A stretch of DNA of 59,830 nt, filler included, from Platydemus manokwari (GCA_037951405.1; 5 parts of 5 records of this genome joined end to end with filler, not necessarily neighbours in it), one strand, 5' to 3'. Counted from the whole stretch's first letter, positions 27,901 through 49,572 are shown. Notes: a model not told the origin generated them from the letters alone. Translations and numbers: made by a program.

Positions 27901-30900
27901 ACATTGATATCAACCAATTTATCTATATTTTATAAAGAATAGATCATAATCACGTGTATTACATGTATTAAGAGCGATATTTGCTATTATATGAAATAGT
28001 AATTTGCATCATTACAAATGAAAATACTACAGATAAGCTGTTTATGAAAATAAAATCTAACAGAAAATATCTAATTCAGACAACCATTATGACTGCTTTC
28101 AAAATGTAAAAAAAGTCATTAAAAAGTAATGTTAAACATTATTATCTTAATATTAAACACGTATTTACTGATAAATATTATTATGTTATATTAATATAAT
28201 ATTTTGTGTTTTTGAAAAATACATTAGATTTTTGTTAACGTAAACGATATTGAAGCATATTTGATTTTATTATTTGAATTATGTAACAGTTCATTTGTGT
28301 GAGAATAATACAGAAAATTTGTTTACAAAATTTCAAATATGATTTTTAAGAATTTAAAAGTTTGCTCGTTAATATAAATTAATAACTAATTCATCGATAT
28401 TTGTGAAATATGATTTTCGTGTTAACAATTGAAGAGTTTGTCCCACGAAAGATTCCAAATAATTTAAAACTGTTACAATAATTGCATTCTATCACCAATA
28501 CTGTGGGAATTTTCCGAATTAATGTAAAATGGAAATCCTATAAAACAGCTGGTAAAACCACAATCGTTGACTTTGAACACAATTAATTTTCGATTTTTAT
28601 TTTCAATCAAATAATTTGGTTTTAAATTTGATTTTAAAGCAAAACTGGTTTCATTATTTTATGATTTCTTATAACTGAATTATTGTGTGAATATATTCAT
28701 TATCCAATACTATTCAAACACATTTCCCTCTTATATAACAAATGACAATCGATATTTTTGAGATATTCATTTTGTAGCGTACTTATAATGTTAAATTCGA
28801 ATAATAATTAATGTCCAATATAAAAAGGTCAATTAGACATTTTCATTATGAACAATGGATCATGTACATCAATATATCTACTATAAATAGATAACAAATA
28901 TTCATCAAAACCGAATTAATGGAAAATAAAATCAAGGCCAATTTTAAAAAATAAAACAAACAAGTTTTAATCGATTTTTTTTACTGATCATAAATTTATA
29001 AAATGATTTAACACTGTACATTATTTATTAACAATCCAGCTTTACAACAATTCAACATCTGAGACTAAAGATTGTTGCCACCAGAAAACAATTGCCGCCC
29101 GAAAAGAGAACTCAAATAGAAATTCAGCACACTCAATTATTCAATCAAATAACAAACCGACATACTTGAAAGCACATTTGTAAAAAAATAAAACACTAAA
29201 CTATATATATAGAGAGATAAACTATTTTTATACAGAAAATTTCAAACCGAAAAAAAATAAATCTCAAATCCATACATGACTGATATAATGAAAATTAGAT
29301 CTCAATGGATTTTCTTTTCTCCACAAACATATTAATTCCATGATGATATATAAAGTAAAATATGAAAATGAAAAAATTGAACATATTGTGAAAATCGATA
29401 TACATAAAAATAATTAACATATAATATAATGAAATATTAATCGAAAAAATCGATAATTATCATTTAAAATATCGAATTTCAAATATGGAAACATTACCAT
29501 TTCCATCCATTACGATACACCATCACACATAACATTAGCGCTAATTACATAAATTTCTAATTAAATGTTCAAAATATGAATCTACTGTCAAATTATTAGT
29601 ATTATCACAATTTCTGAGAACATGATGTATAATATGACGTGCTTTTATTATATATTGCTTGGAGATGTCGATGATTATCTAAAATAGAGAAAACAACGCT
29701 TTAAAAAAAATCGAGAAAATATTTTAATATTAAATATGCTAGCTCATTTTGCTATTAGTATAGATAATAATCACACAACGTTCAAACGGAACGATTTACG
29801 AAATGAAAGCTATTTTCATTATCAATCATTGTTCCAAAAACGGTTGAGTGAATAAATGACAAAATAAAATAGTGGGGAGAAACTAAATCAAAGGATAATA
29901 ATGAAGCAATGACGGCAATAATTATTAAATAAGAAATAAATCTTTAAATAGTTGTTTGTGACAAATGAACGATAAATAGATGAATGTCAATCGAGATAAA
30001 AAATCTGTCGTCGGATGATGATTATAAAAATAATTTTCATGGACTAAGTAAAGTTCAAATATATAAATTCACATGGCACTTCTATTATTAATCTTATTTC
30101 TGTCTATTTTAACTTAGCAGGAGTAAATATATAAACGTGCAATATATGAGCGTTTTAACATTGAAAATCATACTTTATCTAAATTTCTTAAATTGTTTCA
30201 GCCTTAATAAACGAATTGGTTTTATTATTCTATTATATATAACTATCATATTACTTATTAATCTGTTAATTAATAAGTAATATAATAACTATATATAATT
30301 AATTATTAATTTATATCTATAAGCTATTGTTAACGATAATTATAATTTGATTTTAGTATAAAGTAAAAATTTAAAGACAACTTCTTAAATAACCTTCATG
30401 ACTTAGAACCGCAAAGATAGTCCCATACAGATTCTTCATAAATTCAATCTTTTCGAAATAATAAAATGAAAACGGATTTCAGTGTGAGTTGCACTTAAAT
30501 CAATCGATATATTGACATGAAATCGAAATGAAATCAATAAGTGATAAGTTGTTGTAAATGTGATTGAAATATCAATGTGTTATAACCAAATCACCGTTAA
30601 AAAGTTGATAAAAATCATTGGAAATAAGCACGAAGTGATCTTAAAGAGAATGCAATATCCTATTTCTACGAAAGGCATATTTCACTAAAGTAGGATTATC
30701 TTACTGAACATCTTAAAAAGTTTTCAAAGATTTCATAGATCAAATTATTTTTCAGATTTGACAAGAAATAACAAGAAACGAATGCATTTGCATCGATTAT
30801 AAATCATTTCTCACCTCTCAACTCATATTACATATCTTATTCATATACACCAAACTTTCATTTTTTCTTAACACGTTCGCATCTCGAAAATATAAAATGT

Positions 30901-32450
30901 AATATTTACTTAAACATTTTTTGGCCAGGTTTTTAATTCTAAATTCTACTGTGAACTTCATTCTTAAACCATTGGCAATGACAATCTTGATTTTTGTTAT
31001 TTATCAGTAGAAAACAAAGTAGAGCTAAGAAAAGGCATATTGTCATATTCCATTCTGAAACTATATTTGACAGCCTACTTTAAGTTTTTAAATTAAAAAA
31101 TGGTATGTTTATGGAATAATAATTATTTGTTGTGCTAAACTAAATTATAAACATAAGTGAAATAAAAAGTTAACGAAAAATTTAAAAAATACTGAAATAT
31201 ACTCACTAATTAAGTCAGTTAAATGCGCCATGAAAGCGACGAAAAATCAAATATTAAATTTATAAATTGCACTCCAATTACAACTCCAATAATAGATGAC
31301 CAATGTTTCGGCACGATTTTAAGACGTAGCCATTACTTAAATTATATGTTATTCAAGTCAACCTGGCAGACATATTGTGAACACAACCTAATGATTACAC
31401 TCTCGGATTCAAATCACTTGAAGATATTTTGTGATGAAAATACATTTTGTCCATCAAACATTGGAATCAATTTCATCAGAAAAGTACAGCATTTTCATAG
31501 TTTTCGGAGAATTATTTCAAATAAAAAATAACACGTTTTTTAGAATAAACGCTTTGATTTGATTTCTTAATTTGGAAAATACGGTTTACACAACTTATGA
31601 ACAAAGGTTATAGGAAATTGTTCAAAAGAAGGAACCCCTTATGATGCCTGACAGACTTGAAATTAAAGTACAGATGCAAAAAACGCTCCAATTACAACCC
31701 AAACATCATTGTCTCCATACAATAAGGAAGAGATATAATCTTCTATCTTTTGTTGATATCGTTTATCCGAATAAATAAACTTACAAGTCGAAATATTAAA
31801 TATATGCTTATATTTATTAAAACATAAATTCCTCATAAAACTTCATTTAGTGATCTTGTATATTATTATATGATTATGGGCTTATATTATATTATATTAT
31901 TATCGATTATGGGCTCATATGATAAATTCCATCAGTAATTATAAATACAAAGATCAAAATATAATTATGAATGAACTAATTTTTCATTGACATATTAGTT
32001 ATCATAATAAAATTATCATTTATGAATGTATAAGAATTTTCCACTGTGATCGAATGTCTGATCAGATATCGAATAACAATCTCTGAACAATGCGTGGACT
32101 TATATATTCACGATCAACATATAATTTCAAGTGGCTAAGTTCAAAATGATAGCTACTTATATCAAATGACAAGATGACATGGTCTAATTAACACGTTTTC
32201 AGCAAACTATTCTGCTAGATCATTATTTGTTGAAGCATTGCTTTAATCATTCTCCGATAGTTCATTGTTGATAAAGCATAAACATATATTGAGTTTATTA
32301 ATATAGTGTTTTATATCGCATACTTTATTAATTATAACATTGTTTTCTTGTTTATCAATTCATACTAGTTCTGGAACCAAATTGAAAATCATTGATAAAA
32401 ATCAATAAATAATAAAATACTTGTGATAATTTATAACAAACAAAATCTAC

Positions 32451-35400
32451 TCACGACTGAGTGCACCGAGAAATTTTACGGCCGATTTTTAATTTGGATC
32501 TAAGAGAAATTTTAGATTCCTTATTTAAAACTCCAGAAGCATTGTTTGTTGAATTAATACGGCTACTAGTTGCTGCTAAAGGAATCGTGTTCCTGGAAAT
32601 ATTATCTCGTTCAAAACTATCTCGTTGACCAAAAGCGCTATGTGATAAAGACATTGACATTGGATAGTTCGGTTGAGAGTCCGCTTCAACATCACCAATT
32701 AAACGTGGATCGAAAAATGCTGGACAGTTGCTATCGTTTTTCTCATCCGACTGGATAAAAAATCGAATACCATGTTGAACAGGAAGAGACACGTGATGAT
32801 CTTGAACATTTTGATGGAATGTATTATCGGGTATTGATGCGTATTTATTATCTAAGTAAGGAAAATCGTTAGAAAATATTTAATAATATTAAAATCGTTT
32901 CAATACCCGACAAGTATTTTTGGAAGAATTTTGTTGTTAAAAATAAAAAATAAACAGTAATGATAAAATTTTTGTTGTCCAATATCGTTCAACTAATGAA
33001 TTAGGAGGAAAGTAATTTTAGATAGATTACATATATATAGTAATTTACGATTAACCTGTTCTGTAGATTTACCAGACTAATTAACCGATGTTGATGATTG
33101 ATATTTGACAGAAAATGAGAGAACATTTAGAATGTAACAAAAATAATGGGAAATTGTTTTCAATTTATTTCAGTTGTTTTCACGTGATAAATATAACAAT
33201 ATCAATACAATAAAGAGAAGAAAATTCAGCATTGATGATTATCGTAATCATTGGAAGATAATTGTAGAAAAGAAATTTATCACATTAAATGGAAGACACT
33301 GTTTTAGTACGAATCGTCTCTAATTCCACAACCAGTTGAAAATAAACTTGTATTGTGTATACTAATCCACTGAGAATGATTATCTTTATATATTATCTAT
33401 TTAACAAAAAATCCCAAACGTCAATCGATGGAATCCCCTTGTTTCCATTGGTTTCTATCAATTTGATTTTTCCTTTTAATGGTTCCGAAGAAATATTCTT
33501 CTTAAATGTTAATATTGATATTTGTAATCACAATCCATCGAACTGATATATATGGGCATTCCTGTGTGCATTTTATTTGGAATTATAAATATCCATTTAT
33601 ATATAATCAATAGGTTATTAGCTAACACATTGTGATAAAATAAATAACCAATCAATATATATTTGAGATAACAGAATGATATCCTTTAAATAAACTGGTG
33701 AACCCTTGGGAACTTGAATATATAAAGTAAAAAAATTATAGAATTAATAACTTTATAATTATAATCGGATGATTTGAAGCATAATCATATATAAGCTACT
33801 AATTGAAATTTATCAATGGTCCGGGCGCAATTAACTAACCTTTACATTAATAAATAATAGATAAATTGACAATTAGCAAGTCCATTGAAATGGTATTTAG
33901 TTCATCAAGTCTATATGAGTGGTAATGCTTTAAGTATTTTAAATAGCACATCAAGAGATTAAATATGGATTTTGAAAACAATGACAAAAGAACAAAAGCA
34001 ATGGAGATATATTTGAAACAATTGTTGCGCATGACTGAAACAGTACTATGTAATTCTCAATATATTTACAATTAATAAAGCTTCTGTCTAATGAAAATAT
34101 TAACATCAAATGTATTGGTAAATTTTTCAATTTTGTTGCACTGTGTTGAATCATTTAATTTCATCTCGATTATTTTGAACTTAATAAACTCGCCAATAAA
34201 ATATAACATATTTGGGACTCTTGATATCAAGAAATTAATTTGGATTGTATCAAAACTCTGTTAAAGAAAACATTACATGAAAAATAGATCTTATCGTGTG
34301 TGTGTGTCCTCATTGACCTCATAACAGAATCAGTATTCACATAATAACGAGTGATAATGATATTTATTAAGTCATCCACCAATCAGATTCCGGACTAATG
34401 AAAGATCAATGGTCTTGATTACTAAGTCATTTGTCAACGAAACGAGAATAACAGGAAATAAAAAAAAATTTTAATGATTTTTCTCGTTATGCAAATTTAA
34501 GCTCTTCATTTTTCCTTTATTTATTTCGGAACCATCGGAATCTATGCCAACACATTGCTTTGCAATATCCTCAATAAATAAATTTGGTAAATATTTGACT
34601 TATTCTGGTTTTTAATATTTGGTTTATTTTTATTAATTTTGCAGTGCAGATTCCTCAATTGATCCAAAATTTTTAAATAGATACAAAATAATTTCTAAAC
34701 CTAAATTTCCACCAAAGTCAAATGGCAATACAAATATTAATTATTTTTAATACAGTCCCTATTTTTCAATTTTTTACATTGTTTTATTTCCATAATGTTC
34801 AATTTGTTTCTCAATCATTAATGAACTCTTGATGTTTTGATTAGATATCTTCATTCGGTCGAATATGGAGATGAAATAAAATAATCAGAATCAAATCATT
34901 CTATACTGCCAAAACAAGAATGTTTGGTCTTTTCCAAAATGACTCGATTGATTCGCATTGTTGAATGGGGATATATAAAACCCAGTTTAATTTTCTTGCT
35001 ATAATTTATATTTAATTTGAGTTACATGATTTCAATCAAATATTTAAACATGAATGATAGACATTACTAGAGAAATATTATATATAAAGCTAAAATTTTC
35101 ATTAACCCATAAATATTAATTGTATCCATGTGATAATACAAAAACTTTCACTATTAATTATTATTTGAGTTGATTGTATAATATCATTAATATGACAAAA
35201 TAATTTTACCCATTGAGATAAAATCATCGGCGATGATTTGTTCATCAAACATTGCTTTTTCTTCTTCTGTCATTGGCCAATTATAATGGGTTCGCAATCG
35301 ACTTGTTACTGTTAATGGCATTACTGCTGGCAGTTCTTTTTCGTTGACATACAGAGAACTTGTTATCGCAGTACTCAACCGATAGAGATTCTCTTTAGAT

Positions 35401-35513
35401 GAGTCTCGAATGGCATAATTCAAGTAATATTTTGGATCAACTTTCTCACCGATTTTTTCTCCAGGACACTTGTACCACTCATGATTTTTAATTTGAGCGA
35501 TATCAAATCTAGC
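32451..35513 (-). CDS. STK11: Serine/threonine kinase STK11/LKB1 (PAR-4), last two coding exons
   Basis: Exon 35513-35210 encodes ARFDIAQIKNHEWY (kinase C-terminus; human LKB1 has KRFSIRQIRQHSWF) and MPLTVTSRLRTHY (human SMTVVPYLEDLH). It joins in phase 1 to exon 32851-32451, which ends KIGRKISRCTQS-stop (human KIRRLSACKQQ: basic phospho-site plus CAAX box). Kinase-core exons are absent, cut by the spacer at 35721. Confidence 0.85.
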
Positions 35514-35720
35514 CTGCAGATAAGAGAAATTGAAAATCAACTTCCTTGTAATGGTTTGAAAATTGAATTCATTTTAAGTAAAAGATGTGTTTAATCATTA
35601 ATATTAAACTAGAGAAATGAAATCTAATTTGAAAGAAATGAATATAATTTCATTTATCAATACGACCTATTCGCGATTTGTCAGTAATATATATTTACAA
35701 ATTATAAAAACAAGTTTCTA

Positions 35721-35820
35721 NNNNNNNNNNNNNNNNNNNNNNNNNNNNNNNNNNNNNNNNNNNNTTAATTAATTAANNNNNNNNNNNNNNNNNNNNNNNN
35801 NNNNNNNNNNNNNNNNNNNN
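35721..35820. other. Artificial scaffold spacer
   Basis: 44 N + TTAATTAATTAA + 44 N. Confidence 0.97.
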
Positions 35821-35984
35821 TTTGAAATTCGATGCCTGCTATGATTTGTGGTGACATGTGTTCGACAACTATAAATGATACATTGTTTGCTTGCATTTAT
35901 TAATTATTTTATTATTATACTGTTTATTTATATTATAAATACTAATATGACTACTTATATCCAGATCAAGGTCAACATCGTAGC

Positions 35985-37046
35985 TTAGTGCATTGCTCCG
36001 ACCCACTCTCCCGAGGTCAGAGCTTTGGCTTTTGGGTACTCAATGCAACTTTCATTCTCTGAATCAACATTCTTTTCCTGTAGTGCCGCGACCCGTCCTC
36101 AATTCCTGTAGTTGGTTGTTTTCACCACGTCGCTAAATCGTCTTTTGAAGTTTTCTTCTTTGTAATTGGGCGTTCCGGCCCCTTCTGACATGTCTCCATT
36201 GGGGCTTTCATGTTTTTGCTTAGAATACCTACGTTTTTCGAGGTTCGTGTAGCAATCTTTCTCGTGATGTCCTCGATAATGACATCATTTGCATCTGATT
36301 ATATTTGGACAGTTTCTAGCTATATGTCCTTTTTCATGACAGGTATAAAACGTTACAACCTTTGGGGTGTTACAGTTTCGTGCTAAATGACCAGGTTTGT
36401 TACAGTTATAGCAATTTCTGTTCTCTATTCTCCTTACCTGCACCTTTGGCTTATGATTGGATTTTCGCCTTGTTATCCAATCATCCGATATTACAGCACT
36501 CACATTCTTTACTTCACGTACTTCATTTAGGTTTTTTATTACCACCTTAATATCGTTCATTTTCATCTGTTTCTCCAATTCCGCATCCTCTGAGCAATGG
36601 GCTGCCAGGAATGCCACTAGATCTTCTTTCGTTGTTTTATGTGCCATAATGTCATCTGCCATCTGCTCAATTCTATCGAAGAAAACTTCGGTGGATTCCG
36701 ATTCTCTTCTATATTGAAGGGCTCTTAGCCAATCCTGAGCCAGTGATCTCTTTTTTCCAAAGACATTTCGCAATCTTTAGTCATACTCCTTTATTTCCTC
36801 TGGAACTGTCTCGTATTGAGCAATCACGCTCTGATCAAACAAGGCACTTACAACCCAATTTCTCATTAATTTGGTTGTTTTACAGATATCAAAATATTGA
36901 TTACAGCTTTTAATAAACTGTTCGATATCGTCGCCTGGTCTGTACATTTCGGGCACAAGTCTACTCAAAATCGCATCCATGTGCGTGCTCGCCATGTTAG
37001 TAGCGGCTACTTCGCTTGTAATTGATGTTTCAACAGAATAACTCAT
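35985..37046 (-). mobile_element. gag: Degenerate Ty3/Gypsy-like gag gene with three CCHC zinc knuckles
   Basis: ORFs 37046-36777 and 36773-36285 are one frame broken by stops and run to a TAA at 35985. Knuckles: CYNCNKPGHLARNC, FYTCHEKGHIARNC (first Cys lost), CK*CHYRGHHEKDC. Capsid-like N-terminus (PEMYRPGDDIEQFI). No pol follows. Confidence 0.85.
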
Positions 37047-39345
37047 TTTCTTAAAATTTTTTTACTTACAACACTTAATTCAATTTTGTAAACAAATTAT
37101 AATTCCAGAAAGTTTCAATATCGATCTTAATCAGGTCAAGATATAACAATATTAAAATAACTTTTAAATTATCTTATTTTATATAATAAATTTTAAAACA
37201 CTATTTTTAAAATTTATTATCTTATTTGTTATTCAAATTAGTTTTTTATTTAAAATAATTATTTAAAATAATGATTTTAAAATTACTTAAAAAATTATTT
37301 TAAATTATTTTAAAATTTTAAAATTATTATAATTTAATTAAAATTAATGCTCACAATTAATATTGAGGAGGGCTAGACTGTGAAAGGAAAGGATAACATA
37401 TGACTAACAAGGCAGTGGAGAACTTTAAATAGGAGAACCGTATCAATCTATAATCCTAAAACTATTGGAGGGTTCGAAAGTACATAGAAAATCGCTCATC
37501 GTGTTTTCTTAAAAACAAAAAACTATAAATTTCTTCTGTTAAAATAAATTAAATTCTTCATTCCAAATGTCCTCAGTTAAAAAATGTAGTTTTTCTTCAA
37601 TTCGAATAAGTTCGATATTTATTCAAATAATAGATGTACGCTAACAAATAATTTGGTGAACAACGCTTATCGAGTGATAACTTGCAAAACAACATGTAAA
37701 TAATGAATTTGCTACTTGTTTATATTCTAGTTTCTGTTATCGTGTGCCTCTATTTTGTTTATCTTATTTTGTGTGTATTAATGGTATCATTTGCTAGTGG
37801 TTAATTTTTAGAAATGACGTAGTAGTATTCATATATTTTGGCTCTTCCATTGCCCCTGAATCTATTTGATAAAACAAAAAAATAATTTGTTATGTTAAAA
37901 CAAATTTTTCGTACATGCTAATTAAAAATTTTTTAAAATTATTTTTGTTTAAGGATTTTATTTTAAAATTCATGATGATTATTTTCATTGTTTTTCATGT
38001 TTTTATTAATTTAATGATAAAAATTTCATACATTTTCGTTGCGAATTATAATGGCGAATGAACAAACCATTGGAAAAAATTACTTTTCCAGCGATTCATT
38101 TAATTAGAATTTTAAGATTAACGCTTAAATCCGGCGATATCAATGACTGGAAGTGGTTGATGAGTAGCTCGAAGAAAATTTATATTTATACCTTGCATCC
38201 TTTCAAAAATCCTTACAAATCAATTAACAGGTATACATAACATTCACAATCAATAAATACCGTTCTTGAGTTTACAAATTTATTTGAAAAAAGGAAAAGT
38301 TCACAAGATTTATACATTAGTGTTCACAACTAATCTTATCAGAAGAATTGTGAAGAGCAGCCCACAATGCACGGAAATCATTAATTATTTTCTAGCTTAA
38401 GTGACCTAATCTAATTCTCAGCACAATTTTCAAAACACTGTGTAATTCATTGGCAATATCACGAAAATCAATATCTTATTTAAATTCAAGATATTTTGTT
38501 GGATCAACTTAATATTGGAGATTATACCTTTCAACAATAAATTATTGCTAGTCATATATAAAGGTGACTTAAAAGTAGGTTTACATTTATCACGTAAACT
38601 ATATATTTGAAAATTTAACACTGGAACACCAGGAAATTAGTTATACCGATTAACATAAACAATTTAATCTCTCAGATGATCAAAATATCCTCCTTCAACT
38701 TTGTAACGTTCTTCAAATCTCTCCAGGATATTCTGACACACTCTTTAATAACTAGAAACCTACATTTGGGCCATTCTATATACAGTTTTGGATTTCAATC
38801 AAAGCGAATAATATTTATAGATTCTTAAAAGACCAAGATTGACGCATCGATAATATCTTGAGGAAAATTAACCCTCTATTGTTTTATACAATATACATGA
38901 CGACAATGTGATTTTATTGAAATTTTTTTAGTGTTTCTTTCAACTAAAATAACAACAAATATGGATATTTATATGTTATATGTTTGTTATCCACAAATAC
39001 CACAAAAAATGAAAGATATGATTTAACCAACAAAACCGCCCATAAAGACATTTACAATAAACGAAATAATAAGCCTTCTATTGTAAGTAGTTTCGAGTTT
39101 TTCTTTTAAGGGCTTTTTGTTATATTTCATCTTATCGAAATTGAGATAAGCGATATGATAGCCATTGTACGCTTTTACCAAATTACTAATATTGATACGA
39201 GCCTAAAGCAACTGTCGAGAACAATGAAGTAGACAAAATAAGATAATTAAAAAATATAATTCACAGAAGATCGATAAATAAATGACAACCAATAAAATCC
39301 GATAGATAAACAAAGACAAACAAGTCAATTTCATGAAAAAAATGA

Positions 39346-46565
<7,220 letters not shown>

Positions 46566-47359
46566 CTGGTTTGGCGAGTTCAGGAAAAAATAATTCAAAA
46601 TTTGTTTTCAAACTTTATTTCTCATGCCATTCATTGGGATGATAAAAAATATTCAGATAAACAAACTGATCGATAAATCTTCAATTAGAAGAAAAGTGAA
46701 TAATAAATGTTCTCCAATAAAATACAAAACCGCTTTGCAGGGTATTGCACACCCCATCATAATAGAGTGGATAATAACTTTGACTTGAAATCTCATAAAC
46801 AACTACAGAGAATATTTTAATTTCGATATTCAATTCATGAGATGTAGATGATCGATTGTAGAATCAAATCATAAATCGATAACACGCTACAATAAACAAC
46901 ATCATCAAATTTTATTCCTTTCATCAATTGATTTAATATCCACAAAGGCCAAGTAATTTGATCTTTTCTTGTAAAAATATTTACTCAATCCAGGTCTTTT
47001 AATAAAAAAATTTAATCCCTTGTTTAATTAATAAAAAAAATAAATTAATAAAAAATTTACAATTTTCATTACCGTTGGTGGATAGAGGCAATCATAACTA
47101 TTAATTACATTCCGAAATAAATTGATAAGATGAAATATTCTATTTGATATTTCAAAAATAAGCCGCTCAATTCGAGATCTTTGAAAAAGTAAGTTTATCA
47201 GTAATATAATATTAAAAAATTAAAATTCTCTCGATATAAAAAATAATCATCTTTTTTTATTAATCTTTCCGTCATAAAAATTTCCTTTTCGGGGAAAAAT
47301 GTTCTGACCTTTATGAGATTTTATCGATTTTTAATTAAAAAAGAAAATCAAAGAAAGAG

Positions 47360-47362
<3 letters not shown>

Positions 47363-47397
<35 letters not shown>
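47363..47397. repeat. (TA)n microsatellite
   Basis: About 17 perfect TA units. Confidence 0.95.
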
Positions 47398-47399
<2 letters not shown>

Positions 47400-48612
47400 A
47401 TTCAGCCATCCATCTAAAGAACTAACGCAATCCAGAAAACATTTCCAACGTCTCATATGAGATTGAGATTTTTCAGTTCGTTTTCAAATCATGTTTTATA
47501 AAATATTGGCGGATTACATGACGACCACGTATCTGGATTCGATTCTGAGAAGATCAATTACTGGAAATTATGGAAAAGAAGGAGAAAGATGTTGAGACTA
47601 CATAGATAATATATAAAGATGATGTAGAAAAGATATAAAGAAGATAGAAGAATTAGAGACTTTTATGTAGATAGATATGCGGAGTATACAATACAATGTC
47701 AATTAATAATACAAAGATAATCAAAGACCTTAAAGAAAGGGGATTAATTCAGATTTTATATAATTGTATTTTTTGTCACGTTTTTTCAGTTCGTTTTCGA
47801 TGTGTGTTTCATAAAATAGTAGCGGGGGTTACAGATAGGAAACAAAAAACTGTAAAAATATTTATTACCTCATGATATTATTTTTTATTTTTTCTGTTAG
47901 AAATTAATTGGGATTCGAATTGAAATAATCGAAAGCCATTTTCATGCTCCTTAAAATGGGAAATATTTCCCTCATCAAATATCTTTCCATCGAAAAAAAA
48001 TATATTGACTACACTTCGCATTGAGTGAAGAGCAATTACTCTGTTTCAATTTGACACTCGATGGAGTAAGGCTTCAATAGTTCTCGTCTTGAGAAACCAA
48101 TATATCTCGTCTTATTTCTGGTGAACAATTCCCTCACTTCAATGCCTATTTTCAAAGTACAAAAAAGAACAAAAATTATTGTTGATAAAATTAGATTTCT
48201 GTCAATTCCTACATTAGTATAATTGATTTTCCACTAAAAGGTTTCCCAGATCCTTGTCACAATCATAATGTAGATGAATAAATAACCACTCCAGCAAAAG
48301 AAATTTACAAGCTTAATTAAATTTTCAATTCAATAATTCCAGATTTGTCAGATTTTTAGAGCAAAAAAGTAATTTCATTTCTCTAAAACAAATACAAAAA
48401 TTGGGTTCCAATATTTTTCTTTTAATGGATTCATTTGATGTAATAATTTTTGATGGATTTTGATTGTTTTGAAAGATCGATTTAATTGAATTATATTTTA
48501 AAAATCAATTAAATGAAAGATTAGAAGGCATGGGATAAAGTAAGAGAAACAGATTTTCTGTTTTAATTTTCTATTTTAAAAGCAGTGAACATGGTTTTAG
48601 ATATCTAGCTCA

Positions 48613-48712
48613 NNNNNNNNNNNNNNNNNNNNNNNNNNNNNNNNNNNNNNNNNNNNTTAATTAATTAANNNNNNNNNNNNNNNNNNNNNNNNNNNNNNNN
48701 NNNNNNNNNNNN
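48613..48712. other. Artificial scaffold spacer
   Basis: 44 N + TTAATTAATTAA + 44 N. Confidence 0.97.
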
Positions 48713-49359
48713 TATAATTTTTTGCACTTTGATAATATTTTTTTATTGTTTTTATACAATAACGTTTATAAATAGAATTTTCAAAAATTTTAAAAATAAA
48801 TCAAATAAATCATGCAAGAATTAATCACAAAAGAGTCAGATTAGGTCAATAAATCACAAAAGACTCAGATGTTCATTGCTTGTCAATATCAACTTTCCTT
48901 TTGGATGGTAGGGTTTGATAGGAGGTTGATTGGGATGATTGGAGTTTAGGTTGGATCTTCTGGTATGCTGAAGATAAGGATCCTTCTGTGGACATTGATG
49001 CTAAACTTATTGATCCTACCATATTGTTGGAGATACTTCTGAACAATTCACTAATTGTTGACAAATAGAAGACCCACTTTTTTTTCAACTGCGTACTATT
49101 CAGTACGAGTTATAAAATAAATACACTCAACATACTTCTAAAAATATAAACAAAACCAATCTTCCAACTGGCAGTTGCCCATCTGTACATCGACATTTAT
49201 ATTCGAGATATGAGTGTAAGTTTTTGTGTCATGTTGCATCACATTTTCATTCGATAATTTCTTTTCCATATTTATATTAGGCATTTCTTATTTTACATAA
49301 GTGGGATTGGTCAATACAGCTGTGTGTTGTTGTGTGGCTATGTGCCTTTTTCCAATCGC

Positions 49360-49572
49360 CGTGTAATTGGCTGGTTACTATTATTTTATGGTCGTGTAGG
49401 TATGCAAATGTTTAAAGTGCTTAAACAAGAGTTCCAAGGTGCAAATCCGGATAAGCCTCTCTGACTAAAAGAAAGTGGTGAACTAAGTAAGAGATTCTTT
49501 TAAGATTTTAATAGACCACAAGGCTAGCACTAGCCCTGGATCTGCAGTTAATAATTACAACAACAATAAAAA
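49360..49572 (+). mobile_element. Dispersed repeat, candidate tRNA-derived SINE
   Basis: A-box-like TGGTCGTGTAGG and B-box-like GGTGCAAATCC, ending in an ACA/A-rich tail; a diverged homologous copy lies at about 13275-13360. Confidence 0.45.

Noticed and set aside
31223-31531. 102-aa ORF
   Set aside because: No recognisable motif or splice context; short ORFs of this kind elsewhere in the AT-rich intergenic DNA were dismissed for the same reason.
36362-36717. Plus-strand ORFs over gag
   Set aside because: Antisense shadows of the gag frame.
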